Shown piece after piece: positions 34,699-56,908 of a stretch of DNA of 64,000 bases. The DNA is taken from assembly GCF_009914755.1 (NCBI RefSeq), contig NC_060931.1, one strand, 5' to 3'. This stretch comes from the human T2T-CHM13v2.0 reference genome, Homo sapiens. A program made the translations under genes and the position numbers. How positions within the stretch are numbered: position 1 is the first letter of the stretch; each line of letters opens with the position of its first letter. The notes beneath the pieces are model-generated. The model was not told the origin of the DNA, searched no databases, and was given only the letters and a program-made list of their open reading frames with translations.

Positions 34699-34959
34699 TA
34701 AGTCCATGAGTCCATTTTTTAATGGTTCGTGATTTTCATGTTCTGTTCAGGAAACCTTTGTCTACCTCCAGTTGTGAAGATACTCTGTTTTCTTCCACAA
34801 TCCACATATTTCTATGCTTTTGGGACTATGATCAGCCTAAATTAATTTGTGTGTGTGTGTGTGTAGGGTTTGAGGTAGAGGCCAAATAGATGGTAGAATT
34901 TTAACTTAAATTTGGATCCTTGATATTTGCTTTAAAAAGTCTTTACACAACGTGGGCTA

Positions 34960-35256
<297 letters not shown>

Positions 35257-35974
35257 CTATTTATTTTAAGAGGAAAGAAAAGGTCAGAAGCAATTATAGC
35301 AAGTTGGTGATGTTTGTTCATTCTGCATTGTGGTTACACGCATGTTTGTTGTAAGGACCTGGTTCTTTTTCCTACTGCAAATAATTTTCCAAGTAAAACC
35401 AAGAAAAAGTGTACACTACAAAGTAGCAATAAAAAGTTACTTTGAAGATTGGCAGTTTCATGCTAGACAGTGCAATTAGATGCAGTTGAAGTTGCCAAAC
35501 TCTCTCGAAAGATCACAGAAATTTTCAGATTTGGAGAAGCCACATAGCTGATTCATTCACTGTGAGTGTCTGTCAGTCAGTGGGTGATAACTGTCAGAAG
35601 CTTCGGGCTCATTTCCCAAGAAAAACTATATAATGTGAAGCCAAGCTTAATTCAATTAAACAAAGAAAATAAATCACGGCTTCCCTTAAACATTAAGAAG
35701 CAGAAAATCTCACAGTTCTTTGATACATCTCAAAACTATGCTGCAATTCAAAACGATGCTAACCCTGTCTGGACAAGGGCTATGAACTGTGAAAAGCTCT
35801 GTGCTGTTCTGAGGTTCTGTGTAAAGAACTGCCGATGGCTGAAAGTGATTTAGAACATGCTTCATACTAACTGTGAACACAGCTTAAACTCAAACTTCGA
35901 GCTAATAAAGAAGAAAGGGATATGGAATTGTATGCATCAATGCATGCTAAGGGGAATTGAAAAATAAATATGCA

Positions 35975-36152
35975 TTCTAGCGTCGTTCTCCAAGTGTGGT
36001 CTATGGGCTGGCAGCATTACCCGAGTGCTGATTACAGATGCAAACTTGCATGTCTCAAGTCTGACTTACTAAATCAGGGGGAGTAGCTCAGGAGTCCGTG
36101 TTTCATGAAGCTTTCCAGGGGATGCTCTGGCTGACGCTGGACAATGACTGCT
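35975..36152. mobile_element. MER5-like hAT relic
   Basis: gttctccaagtgtggtc...gcagcattacc...cagatgcaaa. Confidence 0.6.
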
Positions 36153-36159
36153 TTAGTGG

Positions 36160-36680
36160 AAATGTGACATTCAGTTTTAGGTGCACACGGCACCCAAATT
36201 TCCTTTCTACATTGGGCGGTGCTTCATCTTAGGAGCCTTGGTAAGTCCCCCACCTCAACTTGGAAGCCCCAAAGGCCATAAATGTCACCATCCCCCATGC
36301 AACTGAGATTTGGGCATGTGACCCAGGCTTGGCAATTCAAATGCAGCACCCCAGCCTTTCAATCTGGAGCTAGGGCTGCAAAGAAGCTGTTTTGGAGGTT
36401 CCGTCTGACCCTAGGCAGCACCCAGGGTGTTGTGGTCCCTCGTGGGCACTCTCAGTCCCCTAGTGGCAGTGAGGGTCTTGCTGTAGCTTTGGTGATGGCA
36501 TTTGGACTCTGGTGCTGGCTACCCTATACCTTACTTATTTCCTATGCCTTCTCCAAGCCTGACCCACCAGCCTTCCTGTCAACTCTGTGAGCTACCCAGT
36601 GCTTTAGAATACATTTCTTTTCAGCTTAAATTGGTCAGAGTTGATTTCTGTAGTGGGCATTAAGAGTCCTGACTACATGT
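36160..36680 (+). mobile_element. ERVL-type LTR remnant
   Basis: gggcatgtgacccaggcttggcaat...ctctgtgagctacccag...gcttaaattggtcagagttgatttctgt. Confidence 0.55.
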
Positions 36681-36754
36681 GCATTGAATGCAGTGCTTTT
36701 TCATTTATTTTATTTTGGTTTTGCTCCAAAGGCACTTTTTCAACTGATATTATG

Positions 36755-37100
36755 TCTGTGTGCGTGCACATTATATACACACACATACATATACATATTG
36801 AGACAGGGTCTCTATGTATGTATGTATTTTGTATATGTAGATATGTATATATTTGAGAGTTTCAAATATATATGAATATATTAAAGAGATGCATGTATAT
36901 ATTTGAGAGTTTTCATATATATATTTGGAACTCTCAAATATATACATGCATACATACATATATACAGCCCTTGCCTGGGGTGATACATATGTAAATATAC
37001 ATATATATTTATAAATATACATATACATATATTTAAACTCCTGAGCTGTTCATTCTGCAATCCTTCATTAATTTTAATGTAAATATTTTGTATGTATATA
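36755..37100. repeat. Complex TA-rich patchwork with direct and inverted repeats
   Basis: 23-bp-arm inverted repeat at 36889-36951; patches matching 38474-38522. Confidence 0.85.
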
Positions 37101-37251
37101 TTTTGAGACAGGGTCTTACTCTGTGGCCCAGGTTGGAGTGCAGTGGTACAATTACAGCTCACTGGAGTCTTGACCTCCAGGGCTCAAGCAATCCTTCTGC
37201 CACAGCCTCTCCAGTAGCTGCAACTACAGGTGTGCACCACCACACCTGGTC
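37100..37251 (-). mobile_element. Alu right monomer (AluJ/FRAM-like)
   Basis: Antisense right arm only. Confidence 0.9.
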
Positions 37252-37470
37252 AATATCTTTGATGTTATATTTTAGAGTCAAAGATGTTTTTAGAATTTAA
37301 AAACATTACTTATTATATGTATATATATGAACATATACATCTAGATGTGGAGGTAAAACATCTGGAAAAAATAGATCATACTGTTTAACTGCTTCATTTT
37401 CCACTGTTCTGTATTTTTATATTTGTTTTCCCAAGACTATACATGTATGTCCAAATAAAAAATAATAACT

Positions 37471-37881
<411 letters not shown>

Positions 37882-38414
37882 CTAAGTGTAGAAACTATGT
37901 GTTATTCAAATGGACCATGCTTCTTTTAAAAAAGAATCAGAAATTCAAACAAAGATGTAGGTCAAAAATATCTATCACAATTATTTGTAATTAATACAAA
38001 GGACATGAGTTAAATAATCTCACAAATGGGCTAAGTGAATTTTGGTGCCTCCATATTCTGCAATCTTACATGGCTATTAAATATTAGATTTTTGAAGAAA
38101 GCTTCATTCTGCATCTTCCCGCCTCTGGCACTGTCATATTGCTCAGAGTTAAGAATTCAATATAGGGAATGTGTCAGACCCTTGTGAAGTGGGAATTCAC
38201 CCTGTGAGTCAAAGGAGTTTAAATGGAGGGGCTGGAAGTGCTGTCAGGGCTCTCACCCATTCTGGCTGAGAACTGCTGCCTTGGGCGTTTCAAAGGATTG
38301 CTCCTTTAGAAAATCATCAGGGGAGATTTACCCACATCCATCCTTCATCCTGTCTCCAGACAACTGGCTGTCTCACCGACTCCTCTTCCCTCTCCTCCCC
38401 CTGTTCTCTTGGTG

Positions 38415-38545
38415 GAGTTGCCCCCGCCCACTTAATCAGGCGAGCGCTGAGGCTGCAGAGGTGGCACTGGCCAATCACCCCAGGCAAGGGCTCTGCGATC
38501 CTTCATTAATTTTAGTGTAAATTAAATTGTTCAATTTATTCCTTC
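38415..38545. promoter_or_regulatory. Candidate cis-regulatory motif cluster
   Basis: GC box cccccgccca (38421), ggccaatca CCAAT box (38469), TAAT motifs, a CTCF-like 3' half aggtggcac, several retained CpGs; motif-level evidence only. Confidence 0.35.
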
Positions 38546-38799
38546 CATGGGAGAGGGCCCAAGGACCAAGGTATCTTAAACCAAGATGTCTGATGAAAAT
38601 ATAAAACAATAATTAGAAAAGGAAAAAAGGCATAATGAGAAATAGCTGAGTCCTTCATGGTTCAGAGACTCCAAAGGCCACATCACGTTCCTGGGAATGC
38701 TGCATATTCTATATTTCTATTATCAAGGAAGTGGGCCAAAGAACTGCAGAATCCTGGCACTTAAGAAATCAGGTGATGATAAAAATGTCACAAAAGATG

Positions 38800-40313
<1,514 letters not shown>

Positions 40314-40581
40314 TGACATCATGACCCTTGGCTATATGAGTTTGAGACTGTAAGTGTGGACTCCTGTATCCAGGTACACTCCAAATTCATTTGATCTCCT
40401 GTCTCCTCTGCTCATTCCAAACTTGAAAGAATCTATAGCAATGAAGGATATCAAACCAGAGACTAAATTAGAAGTTGCCCTTCCTGGCAATGTGGCCCTG
40501 CTGCATGGTGTATATGAATAAGCTGTAGGATGGAAAATCCATCACTGTTAGTTCTTTTTAACTGAGCCCATGCGGACACGG

Positions 40582-41427
<846 letters not shown>

Positions 41428-41961
41428 ACAACACTAATAGTTATGACATGCCCCATAAAAAATGACATGACATTGTTACACAGCAAAGAAACACCAGGTC
41501 AATGTCACATTGCAAGCCTTTAAGGCCACGTACCACTGCCAGGAGAGGTTGAAAGTGAAAGACAGAAAACAGGCAGCGAGGAAGAGTCTTCAGAGTAAAC
41601 TTCCAGGGAGCACTCTGCCAGGGATGATTAATGCCTGAATCCTCCCTGGGTGGTGCTACTCTCACCAAAGCTACAGAGAGCATTTGCTGAGGGGACATTT
41701 ATAGGCAGAGGATGATCCCACGGAGAACTCTCTGTGATCAGGAGACCAACGATGACAAAGAGAACCATCTAGTTCAAAGTAACCCACATTATTAACTTAA
41801 CATGTGTGGGTCTTCAAAGAGGACCATTTAGGTCAGATACAGAGAGGCAGAACAAGGAAAGAAGAGAAGACACTCCTTCCTCATGTCTCCAAGAGATGCA
41901 TGGAGACATGCATGCTTAACACTGAACCCTGAATGCCATTTTGCATGCATAAAGCAAACTG

Positions 41962-42004
41962 GTGTGTTGTGGTGTGGGGTGTGTGTGTGTGCGTGTGTGT
42001 GTGT
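41962..42004. repeat. Imperfect (TG)n microsatellite
   Basis: Seen directly. Confidence 0.85.
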
Positions 42005-42290
42005 TACGCTTATGCAAGTATAAGCTGACCGATAAACATTAATTGAGCATCTACTTGTTTTGGGCACCAAACTGAGTGTGCAAAAAAGAGAGACACCTTC
42101 CCTGACTTCAAGAAATGTATTACTCTATCCCTCATTTTGAATTGGTCTCTTCACTTAACTTTCTTGTCCTTACAAAATCTCTTTTTTAATCCCTTCTGGT
42201 GTTATTTAATAGCATCAGGGGAAACTCAGATTTGGACCCCACCCTCAGAAAGATCTCATAGGTTATCAAATCTGTGTTCAAGAGTAATGT

Positions 42291-42600
42291 CCAGGCAAGA
42301 TGTGGTGGCTCACACCTGTAATCCCAACACGTTGGGTGGCCGAGGCAAGGGGATCCCTTGAGACCAGGAATTCAAGACCAACATGGTAACATAGTGAGAC
42401 CCTGTGACTACGAAAAAAAAAATTACAAAAATTAGCCAGGCATTGTGGTGTGCACCTAGTCCCAGCTACTCGGGAGGCTGAGGTGGGAGGATTGCTGGAC
42501 CCTGAGAGGCTGAAGCTGCAGTCAGCCCAGGTCACACCACTGCACTCCAGCATGGGTGAAAGAGTGCAACTCTATCCAAAAAAAAAAAAAAAAAAAAAAG
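42291..42600 (+). mobile_element. Alu (AluJ-like)
   Basis: TSD agagtaatgtcca. Confidence 0.94.
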
Positions 42601-43070
42601 AGAGAGAGAGTAATGTCCAAAACATGTTGATTGGGTTTCCTGCTTTAAGGACTTTACTTTAGCCTGGTGTAGACCTTTCCAGGTCCTTTTCAGTTTCCTT
42701 AGAGAATTCCAGGGCTGCCTGTCTACTTAGATGAAAATCCTTGACCATCCAAGACAGGCAGAAGCAGGGAATGGGAAGCTTCACCTTAAGGTGCTAGCTT
42801 GTGAGCTGTGCTTGCTTCCTCAAAGGTTAGCAACTAACTAACTTTCTCTAAGACGTGGCCATCTCATCTTTCCTTGACCCTTTTGCGCTGGACAGAGAAT
42901 CCCGAGCCTAATTCTCAGGAACAACTAGCCTCTCATAAATCTGCAAAGGTACCTGCTGTAAGCAGCTGGGATTCAAGGCTTACGCCCCTTTGAAAAATCT
43001 AGGGTGTGGCTGAAATTAAGATCAGCACATGCTGGAGACACTAGCGTATGCTGTTAAGGCCCAAGAATGC

Positions 43071-43431
43071 TGATACGATTTGGCTGTGTCCCTACCCAAA
43101 TCTCATCTTGAATTGTAGCTCCCATAATTCCCACGTGTCATAGGAGGGACCCAGTGGAAGGTAACTGAATCATGGAGGCAGGTCTTTCCCGTGCTGTTCT
43201 CATGATAGTGAATAAGTCTCACGAGATCTGATGGTTTTATAAAAGGGGCTCCTGCACACACCCTCTTGCCTGTTGCCATGTAAGACGTGAATTTGCTTCT
43301 CCTTTGCCTTCTGCCATAATCATGAGGCCTCCCCAGCCATGTGGAACTGTGAGTCTATTACACCTCTTTCTTTTATGAATTACCCAGTCTCGGGTATGTC
43401 TTTATTAGCAGCATGAGAACAGTTTAATACA
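43071..43431 (+). mobile_element. THE1 solo LTR
   Basis: tgatacgatttggctgtgtcc...taataca; TSD aatgc/catgc. Confidence 0.95.
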
Positions 43432-43775
43432 CATGCTGAGTTAGAATGGAAAGACAAAACCACTCTTGTAATTGCTAGGAAGATTCATGCAATCTTGATA
43501 AGCTCACATCTTTAGATACATTATCCTGACCAGGATTTAAATTCCCAGATTTTGTTCAGCGTTTCTTCTAAGTAAGGCAATATGGTTACTTACTATTCCA
43601 GTGGATCAGCTCAAGATAACAATCTACTAGTGGGCAGAAATTCAGGAGACAGGGCGCCCTCCAGTTCCAGCAAGTGGACAGAGAAGAGGAAATCCCATGT
43701 AATGACAAGATAATCCAAGTTAGTTGAATGTGGCTTGAATGAACTTCAATAGGGGAACTATTATGAAACAACAAC

Positions 43776-44397
<622 letters not shown>

Positions 44398-44619
44398 TAA
44401 CAACAAAACACCCATACAAGCAACTAGCTTGATGCCATAGAAAACACACTGCAAAACAACGGAATTACTATTGGGAAGGCTCCACGCAGGAGTCTGTCTA
44501 CACAACTGACTGTAAGATTAAGAAGTATAAGGTCAGCAATCATGGCACCTGCAGCAATCCTCTAGCCTGTCTACATCTCTTCCCTGTGTTCTCATGAAGT
44601 CTGGGAAGTTGACATTCCA

Positions 44620-44830
44620 TCCTGACTGATGATGCCTCAATCTATGTTTCCAGCTCTCTCTCTTTTTTGAGCTCCACGCATGCATAGCTAACTGTGAATT
44701 CTCCACTGGATGTCTGTATCGAATAGGAATCTAAAAGTTAGCATGGCCCAAGCTGAGCTCTTTAATTCCACTTCTACTAATTACTAAAGTCAAAGTCCTA
44801 TTCCCCTATTCTCTGCAAAGCATCCAGTTA
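44620..44830 (+). mobile_element. L2 remnant
   Basis: ctgatgatgcctcaatctatgtttccagc...tctccactggatgtct...agcatggcccaagctgagctc. Confidence 0.65.
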
Positions 44831-44961
44831 GCTTTGTTCTTTACAGATTCTCTATTGAGGTTAGTGATTTTTAATGTTTAAATAAGATCCTCCCCCCCGA
44901 TTACAATTCTTCAAATAGCTTCTTATTGCAAATAGAAAAAAAATATAATTTTCCTTCCCGC

Positions 44962-46336
<1,375 letters not shown>

Positions 46337-46429
46337 GTTCTCAAAGCCTTATCTGGTTCTTCCCTGCCTCGTTGGCTTTATTTGCTATTAATCTTCTCCT
46401 TCACTCATCATGGAACATTAAAACGTAGT

Positions 46430-47105
<676 letters not shown>

Positions 47106-47606
47106 AATACCAGGCCAGTTTTATATGTTTATTATATATTACACATGCAATATTATATATTTATTATCTGTTCCATATGCTATATTATGTATATTATGCA
47201 ATATACATATTATATATGTAATAGATCTTATAGACATTTCCCCATTTTTGCTATTTGTTTTACATGGAACTGTAAAGTAAGTAGCATATGATCCATATGT
47301 TATTGGTAAAAAACATATAGATCATTGATAGATATTGGAAAGAGATTTTATAAAATGCAATATTTGGTTTTGAATTGTAAGCCTTTTAGCAAGCTAATAA
47401 TGGAATGAACTGAGTACTCCACATGCTTGAGAACATTTAACTGAAACTACCAGTCAACATCCTACCGAACCCCCAAATCTAGAGATGGTCCAGGTAAACT
47501 CAGGGGATGATACAGGATGCTTTTCAACTTCAAAATAATTTAGCATGATTCTAGAATTTCAAACCAATATAGTAGAGTTATGAAATAGGGGGAGAAAGGT
47601 CTGTTA

Positions 47607-47964
<358 letters not shown>

Positions 47965-48165
47965 TTACAGTAGCATTACTCAAATTGATAGAGTATGATC
48001 TGGAATGGAAATAAACATAAAAATCAACAGCTATATTATACACCAGAAGGCGTCTGTCAGGAAATATGAGGGAAAAAAGAGGCCAGTCACAATAACATGT
48101 AAACTATAAAATACATCAAAATGTCCTTAGGGGAATGACAGGAACATCAACCCACCAGAATTTGA

Positions 48166-48530
<365 letters not shown>

Positions 48531-48946
48531 TGGGGACTGCCTTTTAGAATACTCCTTTTGTTCATTTGTTTGGTTTTCTTTTTAACCATCAAAGACCCAC
48601 AGTATTTGTTGACAGCTATGTCAGGGCTGTGAGAGTGAACAGAGCCACGCCAAAGGCAGGCTTGCTGGTTACAGGTAGCTGAAGGCTTCTCTGACTCAGC
48701 TCTTACTTATTTATGAGGACTATTTACATATTAGAAACAGTCCACTTATGTTTTTAAACATCTATGATAGACATATCTCCTTTTTCATTATTTATTTTAA
48801 TGTACGGTCTTTTCACGTATAAAAGTATTCTTTTTTTGTTTTCAAATCTATTACCATTTATTTTTTGCTTTATTTCTGCTTTCAAATATTTATGCTTACA
48901 AAATCTATCCCCATCCTAGAATCAGTATAATTCGGAAGAAGGGCAA

Positions 48947-49613
48947 TGTATTAGCCTGTTCTCGCATGGCTATAAAGAAATACCTGAGACTGGGTAATTT
49001 ATAAAGAAAAGAAGTTTCATTGGCTCACAGTTCCATGGGCTATATAGGAAGCATGGAGGCTTCTGCTCCTGGAGAGGCTGCAGAAAGCTTCCAATCATGG
49101 CAGAAGGCAAAGGGCAAGCGAGACGTCTCACATGGCAGGAACAGCGAGAGGGGAGGAAGTGCTACACACTTTTTTTTTTTTTTTTTTTGAGACGGAGTTT
49201 TGCTCTGTCACCCAGGCTGGAGTGCGGTGGCACTATCTCGGCCCACTGCAACCTCCGCCTCCTGGGTTCAAGCAATTCTCCTACCTCTGCCTCCTAAGTA
49301 GCTAGGATTACAGATGTCCGCCACCACGCCCGGCTAATTTTTGTAGTTTTAGTAGAGACAGGGTTTCGCCACGTTAGCTGGGTTGGTCTCGAACTCCTGA
49401 CCTCAGGTTATCCATCTGCCTCAGCCTCCCAGAGTGCTGGGATAAGAACTCATTCACTCATTATCTCAAGACTAGCACCAAGGAGATGGGGCTAAAGCAT
49501 TCATGAAGGGCCACCCCCATGATCCAGTCACCTCCCCCCAGGTCCTACCTCCAACATTGGGGATGATAATTCAACGTGAGATTTGCTCGAGGACACAGAT
49601 TGAAACCATATCT
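48947..49613 (-). mobile_element. MSTA-like MaLR LTR containing an Alu
   Basis: tgtattagcctgttctcgc...aaaccatatct; TSD ggcaa/gggaa. Confidence 0.9.
49169..49443 (-). mobile_element. Alu (AluSx-like), 5' end missing
   Basis: Ends at gtgctgggat. Confidence 0.94.
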
Positions 49614-49862
49614 GGGAAGGATCTGTTTGCCCTATTAATAGTAAAAGAGAATATAAAGTGATAATAAGAGTTCAATCACTGTGTTTGTAGCCTAAGAATA
49701 GAGGTTCCTGTTGAAATATACGCTGACTCCAGGAAGGAGACCAGGAGAGGCTGGCTCAGCTGACCAAACTGTCATCTGACTCATTTCCTCTTAGCTTCCA
49801 TGGTCTCCTTTTTAAGAACAAGTTGGGTGAGGTAGCTATGTTCACTTCAACAACCTCAGTGA

Positions 49863-50310
<448 letters not shown>

Positions 50311-50900
50311 AAACACTCCTTTAAATACTGGCTTATGGTCAACTTTCAGCCTTGGTTTCTAATACTGTTATATTTGCCCTTTGGTATTTCTTCATGTAAA
50401 ACCTAACAGGTAATCAATATTTTTAAATGTGAATTTGAAGTCTAGAGTGGGCAAACAGTACTACTCTGCCATCCTGTTAACCTGGGATTAATTTCATTCT
50501 TGGAACATAATGTATATATCTGAATATTCATGAAGTAGTACATTTTACACTCTACTCTCTGGGGTGATCGGGTTGTTTGAAGGAGACAATGGAATCGTGT
50601 AATACAATTGGAAGATGCCCCAGAAAGGTGAGTGAAACTGCGAGTTGCCGCAGGATCGTGTTTTGGGAGTAGAGCAGAGAGGTCACCACCTCCTTGGGGT
50701 GGGCCTCAGCTTTGCAGACCAGATTCCTCAGGTTTCCTGGAATTACCAAAACCAAGACACCAACCCAGGTGGGCACTGATTAGCACATCGCAGGAAATCC
50801 CCAACGGCCGTAGTTACCTCTGGGGAGAAAAGGAACGATGAGGAGTGGGGATGGGCTTTACCTGCACCTATAATATTTTATTTGTTAAGAAACAAAGAGT

Positions 50901-51255
<355 letters not shown>

Positions 51256-52263
51256 TTATTTTTTATACCTGTCTGTATGTTTGAAATGACTCATAATTGA
51301 ATATTAATTTTTAAGAGAAAAGGCTAAAAAGAAAGATAATATATTACAATTAGTGGCTGTCTTTGAATAGTAGAATTGTTTTTTTCCCTCCTTCCAAATT
51401 TTCAATATTTTCCAAAATTTTGATATTGAGTCTCTGTTACTTTTATAATTAGGAGAACAACAAGCTCCATTTGAATTAGGCATATCACCAATCAGCCGAG
51501 ATCAATAGAAACGTACTGAGGAGGAAAATGGATCAAGGATGATGCTGATAAAATGGCAAATGACGAAGCATAAAATGTGGTTAAGTCTCATTACTTTGTA
51601 TTTTACTTATTCTGAATTAGTTAGTGGGCAGTTGGGTTGGCCTTGCATGGTTGGTGGAGAGAAAAGACTGCTGAGCACTAGGTGGGATTGTACTTTTAAT
51701 GCTTATTCTATTCTGGAGTCCCACCATACACTTCCTATAGGCAAGGGACGTGTTTTCTACATATTCAGTTTCTCCTTCTGTTTTGGGGATTTCTGGGCCC
51801 TCAACTGTCTGACAACACGCACCTGTTGAAGGAATGATTAAGCAAAAAAAAGAAAAAAGAAAAAAAGGTAAGCAAAATTGCAGGGAGGCAGAGAGATTCT
51901 CAATCTACTTAAGAGAACAAACTCTTTTAACAGCTGTTAGCTCATTAAGTGTTGAAATGTAAATATTGTAGCTAATTAAATACAGCTTTATTTATTCATT
52001 TTGGCAAGACCCAGCTGAACATAAATTATACAGGATACATTTTTAATGAATAAAAGAGCTTTAAAAAAAACCTATGTTTTTGCTAACACTGGCTGACCTT
52101 TTTCCAATTAGCGTGAATTGTCATCAAGCCTCATTTCCCCGGTATCTGTAGCCTGTAGGGCTTTCTCAAACAAAAACTGGACACAACCAGCCCTCCACCT
52201 ACTCCAGACCTGCACCCACACAGCTGAATGTGACTGGGAAAAAGCATCAAGTTGCCACCTCCA

Positions 52264-52397
52264 GGCCGGGCACCACAGCTCACTCCTGTAATCCCAGTGC
52301 TTTGGGAGGCTGAGTCAGGAGGATCACTCGAGGCCAGGAAAGTTTGTGACCAGCTTGTACAACCGAGTAAGACCCCATCTCTACAAAAAATAAAAAC
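52264..52397 (+). mobile_element. Alu left monomer (FLAM/AluJ-like)
   Basis: Left arm plus A-rich end. Confidence 0.88.
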
Positions 52398-52399
52398 TC

Positions 52400-53712
<1,313 letters not shown>

Positions 53713-53800
53713 GTGCTTTATTTTTCCATGGAAATGACTGGGTAAGGTTTGAAGGTACTTCCATTCTCCCACATAGTTAAACACACAAAGTTTGTGACAA

Positions 53801-54106
53801 TTTTTTTTTTTTTTTTTTTTGAGATGGAGTCTCACCCTGTCACCCAGTCTGGAGTGCAGTGGTGCGATCTTGGCTCATTGCAGCCTTTGCCTCCCGGATT
53901 CAAGCGATTCTCCTGCCTCAGCGTCTTGAGTAGCTAGGATTACAGGCACCCACCACCACGCCTGGCTAATTTTTTTATTTTTAGTAGAGACAGGGTTTCA
54001 CCACGTTGGCCAGCCAGGCAGGTCTCGAACTACTGACCTCAGGTAATCTGTCTGTCTCAGGCTCCCAAAGTGCTGGGATTACAGGTGTGAGCCACCACGC
54101 CCAGCC
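53801..54106 (-). mobile_element. Alu (AluSx-like)
   Basis: Antisense full Alu. Confidence 0.95.
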
Positions 54107-54324
54107 GAAAATTTTTTTTTGTGGACACATTCATGGTCTGTTCAGAGAGACTGGTTGCCTATACATACAGTCATCATGAAAATAATATCAGAAATAATAA
54201 AGAAGGCAGTTATTGCTATTTCCCTTTATAAATTGGACCACGAAAATAAAAGGTTTGAAACCTAAAGCCATTGAGCTAGAATTAAAACCCAGTGTTTTCC
54301 TCTGAGTCCAATGTTCTCATCTAA

Positions 54325-54555
54325 CCCAGTTCTTCTCAAAAGCGTAGTGCATAAATCATTTACTAAAAATCATCTGCTTTCGACTCAAAGTTGCTCAAGA
54401 AAAAAATAAAAGTAAGAACAAAAAAAATCACCTGCAGTGCTTGTTTAAAACAAACATCCCTGGGCTACCCACCAGACCTACGTGGGCAGAATCTTGGGGC
54501 CAGGCCCCAAAAATCTGTAGTTTTAACGCACTGCAGAGTTTGAGACCCACTGTGC
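54325..54555. mobile_element. MER5A-like hAT relic
   Basis: cagttcttctcaaa...aatcacctg...gcttgtttaaaa...ccagaccta...agtttgagacccactg. Confidence 0.7.
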
Positions 54556-54766
54556 TAAGTTTACTTTCTGAAGACTTGACACTACCTTGAGCTTTTATTC
54601 TACAGGGGAAAAATGACACTATTTTCATTGGCTCCCAAATCATAAACTTATAACAACTATTCTGTTGCAAACCAAATGAGGATTTTAAGCCTTGATATAT
54701 ACATTCAACTAACCTGACCATAAGTAGAGATATGATCAGTAAAAAATGTATTTCAGTAATAGATTA

Positions 54767-55102
<336 letters not shown>

Positions 55103-55681
55103 TCTAGATTCCCTCACCGTGTCTTAGGAACAGAAAGATTCATCCATCAAGTATTAAGACCTAAGAGGATACCATTGCTACAATGTAGGGCTAATCTCAG
55201 AAAATCTAAAAGGTGATTATTCTATGCAATAAAGAAGGTCATTTGCAGCAAAAGCAAATGCACGTGTCCTTTTGCTAGGTTCACATTCTTCATTCTCTAG
55301 TTTGGGTTCCAGAGCACGGAATGACTTTGTGATTTAAAGCCACACTTGCAGCGTGGACTGGGACTGGCTTTGAATATTAGTGTTGTGTATACTCACCAGC
55401 CACTACAGTAATTGGGTCTAGAATACAAGAAAACAACTTTATTTTTCTGTGATTCCCCGGGGCTAGTTCTGGCAAGAAGAAATTCTGGCAGAGCTTTTGC
55501 TTCTGCAGTGATTCCAGGGACTTCGAGTGAGACAAGACTGGTCTAGGGCAAATAAGGGTACAAAGGGGAGGCCAACGAGAGAAACGGCCAGAGTGGGAAC
55601 TCAGGAGCCGAGTCCAGCAGGGCCGAGCACATAGTTGGAAGGGCTTTATGTGTCTTGGGGTGGGTAAAGGATCAGTAAAAT

Positions 55682-55986
55682 GGCTGGGTACTGTGATCCA
55701 TGCCTGTAATCCCAGCACTTTGGGAGGCCGAGGTGGGCGGATCACTTGAGGTCACGAGTTCAAGACGAGCCTGGCCAACATGGCAAAACCCCGTCTCTAC
55801 TAAAAATACAAAAATTAGCTGAGTGTGGGGGTGCATGCTTATAATCCCAGATCCTCAGGGGGCTGAAGCACCAGAATCACTTGAGCCTGGGAGGCAGTGG
55901 TTGCAGTGAGTTGAGATCATACCATTGTACTCCAGCCTGGGTAAAGGAGACTCTGTCTCAAAAAAAAAAAAAAAAAAAAAAAAAAA
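55682..55986 (+). mobile_element. Alu (AluS-like)
   Basis: TSD atcagtaa. Confidence 0.95.
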
Positions 55987-56908
55987 GAATCAGTAAGATG
56001 AGCTCTCTAGTGAATGGTGTCACCAGCTGTGTCAGCAGATGGGCAAATGCAAGGAGCCATGCAGGAGACCAGAGACCTGACAGAACTGGGACAAACCACC
56101 CTGAAGTATGGGTCACACCCAAGTTTGCCACCAGATACCAGGGATCAGTTTACAGGGAAACCTGGATTTCTAGGCAGGAACTGCAGTCCAGGAAAGCCGT
56201 GGGGTGAAGAGCAGTAAATCATTTTGCAGATTGGGAAAACATGGTAGAATGCCAACTTTTGATGGCACTGTGTGTGCTTAACTCTGATATAATGAAGCCA
56301 GTAATTGAGGGTCTGGGTCATGGGGCATAGTCATCAATTATGAGTCTGTGGCAGGAGGTCATGGCAGGAAGCCAGACCCTAGGACCCTGATACTGGGGAC
56401 TGTGGTAGAATAACATGCCCCAGATCCTCTGCTCAGCCATCATCTACCATCAGGAGCTATGTATCTGGAGAATAGGTGAATAAGAAGCCACCTGTCACTG
56501 TCTTTCTAAAGTGAAAAAGAGGTGGGGTAAGGGGGCCCAGCTAGGTTCTTATACTACACACTAGACAGACTCAAATTCCAGGAACTCCATATTGGTCTGT
56601 GTTATTGGGAGACTCCATGGGGAGAACTTTAAAAGTGGTCTGTTGGCACTTTTGTTATTTCCTGCTCAGTCCACCATGGTGAGAAAAAGGTAGTGCTCAC
56701 AGACCATGGTCAGTAGCAAAGTGTCCCTGACCATGAGCACAAGTTCAAGGCCAGCAGTCAAGAGGAGACCTCACCCCAACCTCCACAGAAACCTATTTAT
56801 CAGATGAGAGGTTTGGGGCATTTGGCCAAGAAACCACACAAGTGACTCCCTCTGCTTCATGGTAGGTTATGTTTTGACAGTTAACAGGGAAAGAAAAAAA
56901 AATAGCCT

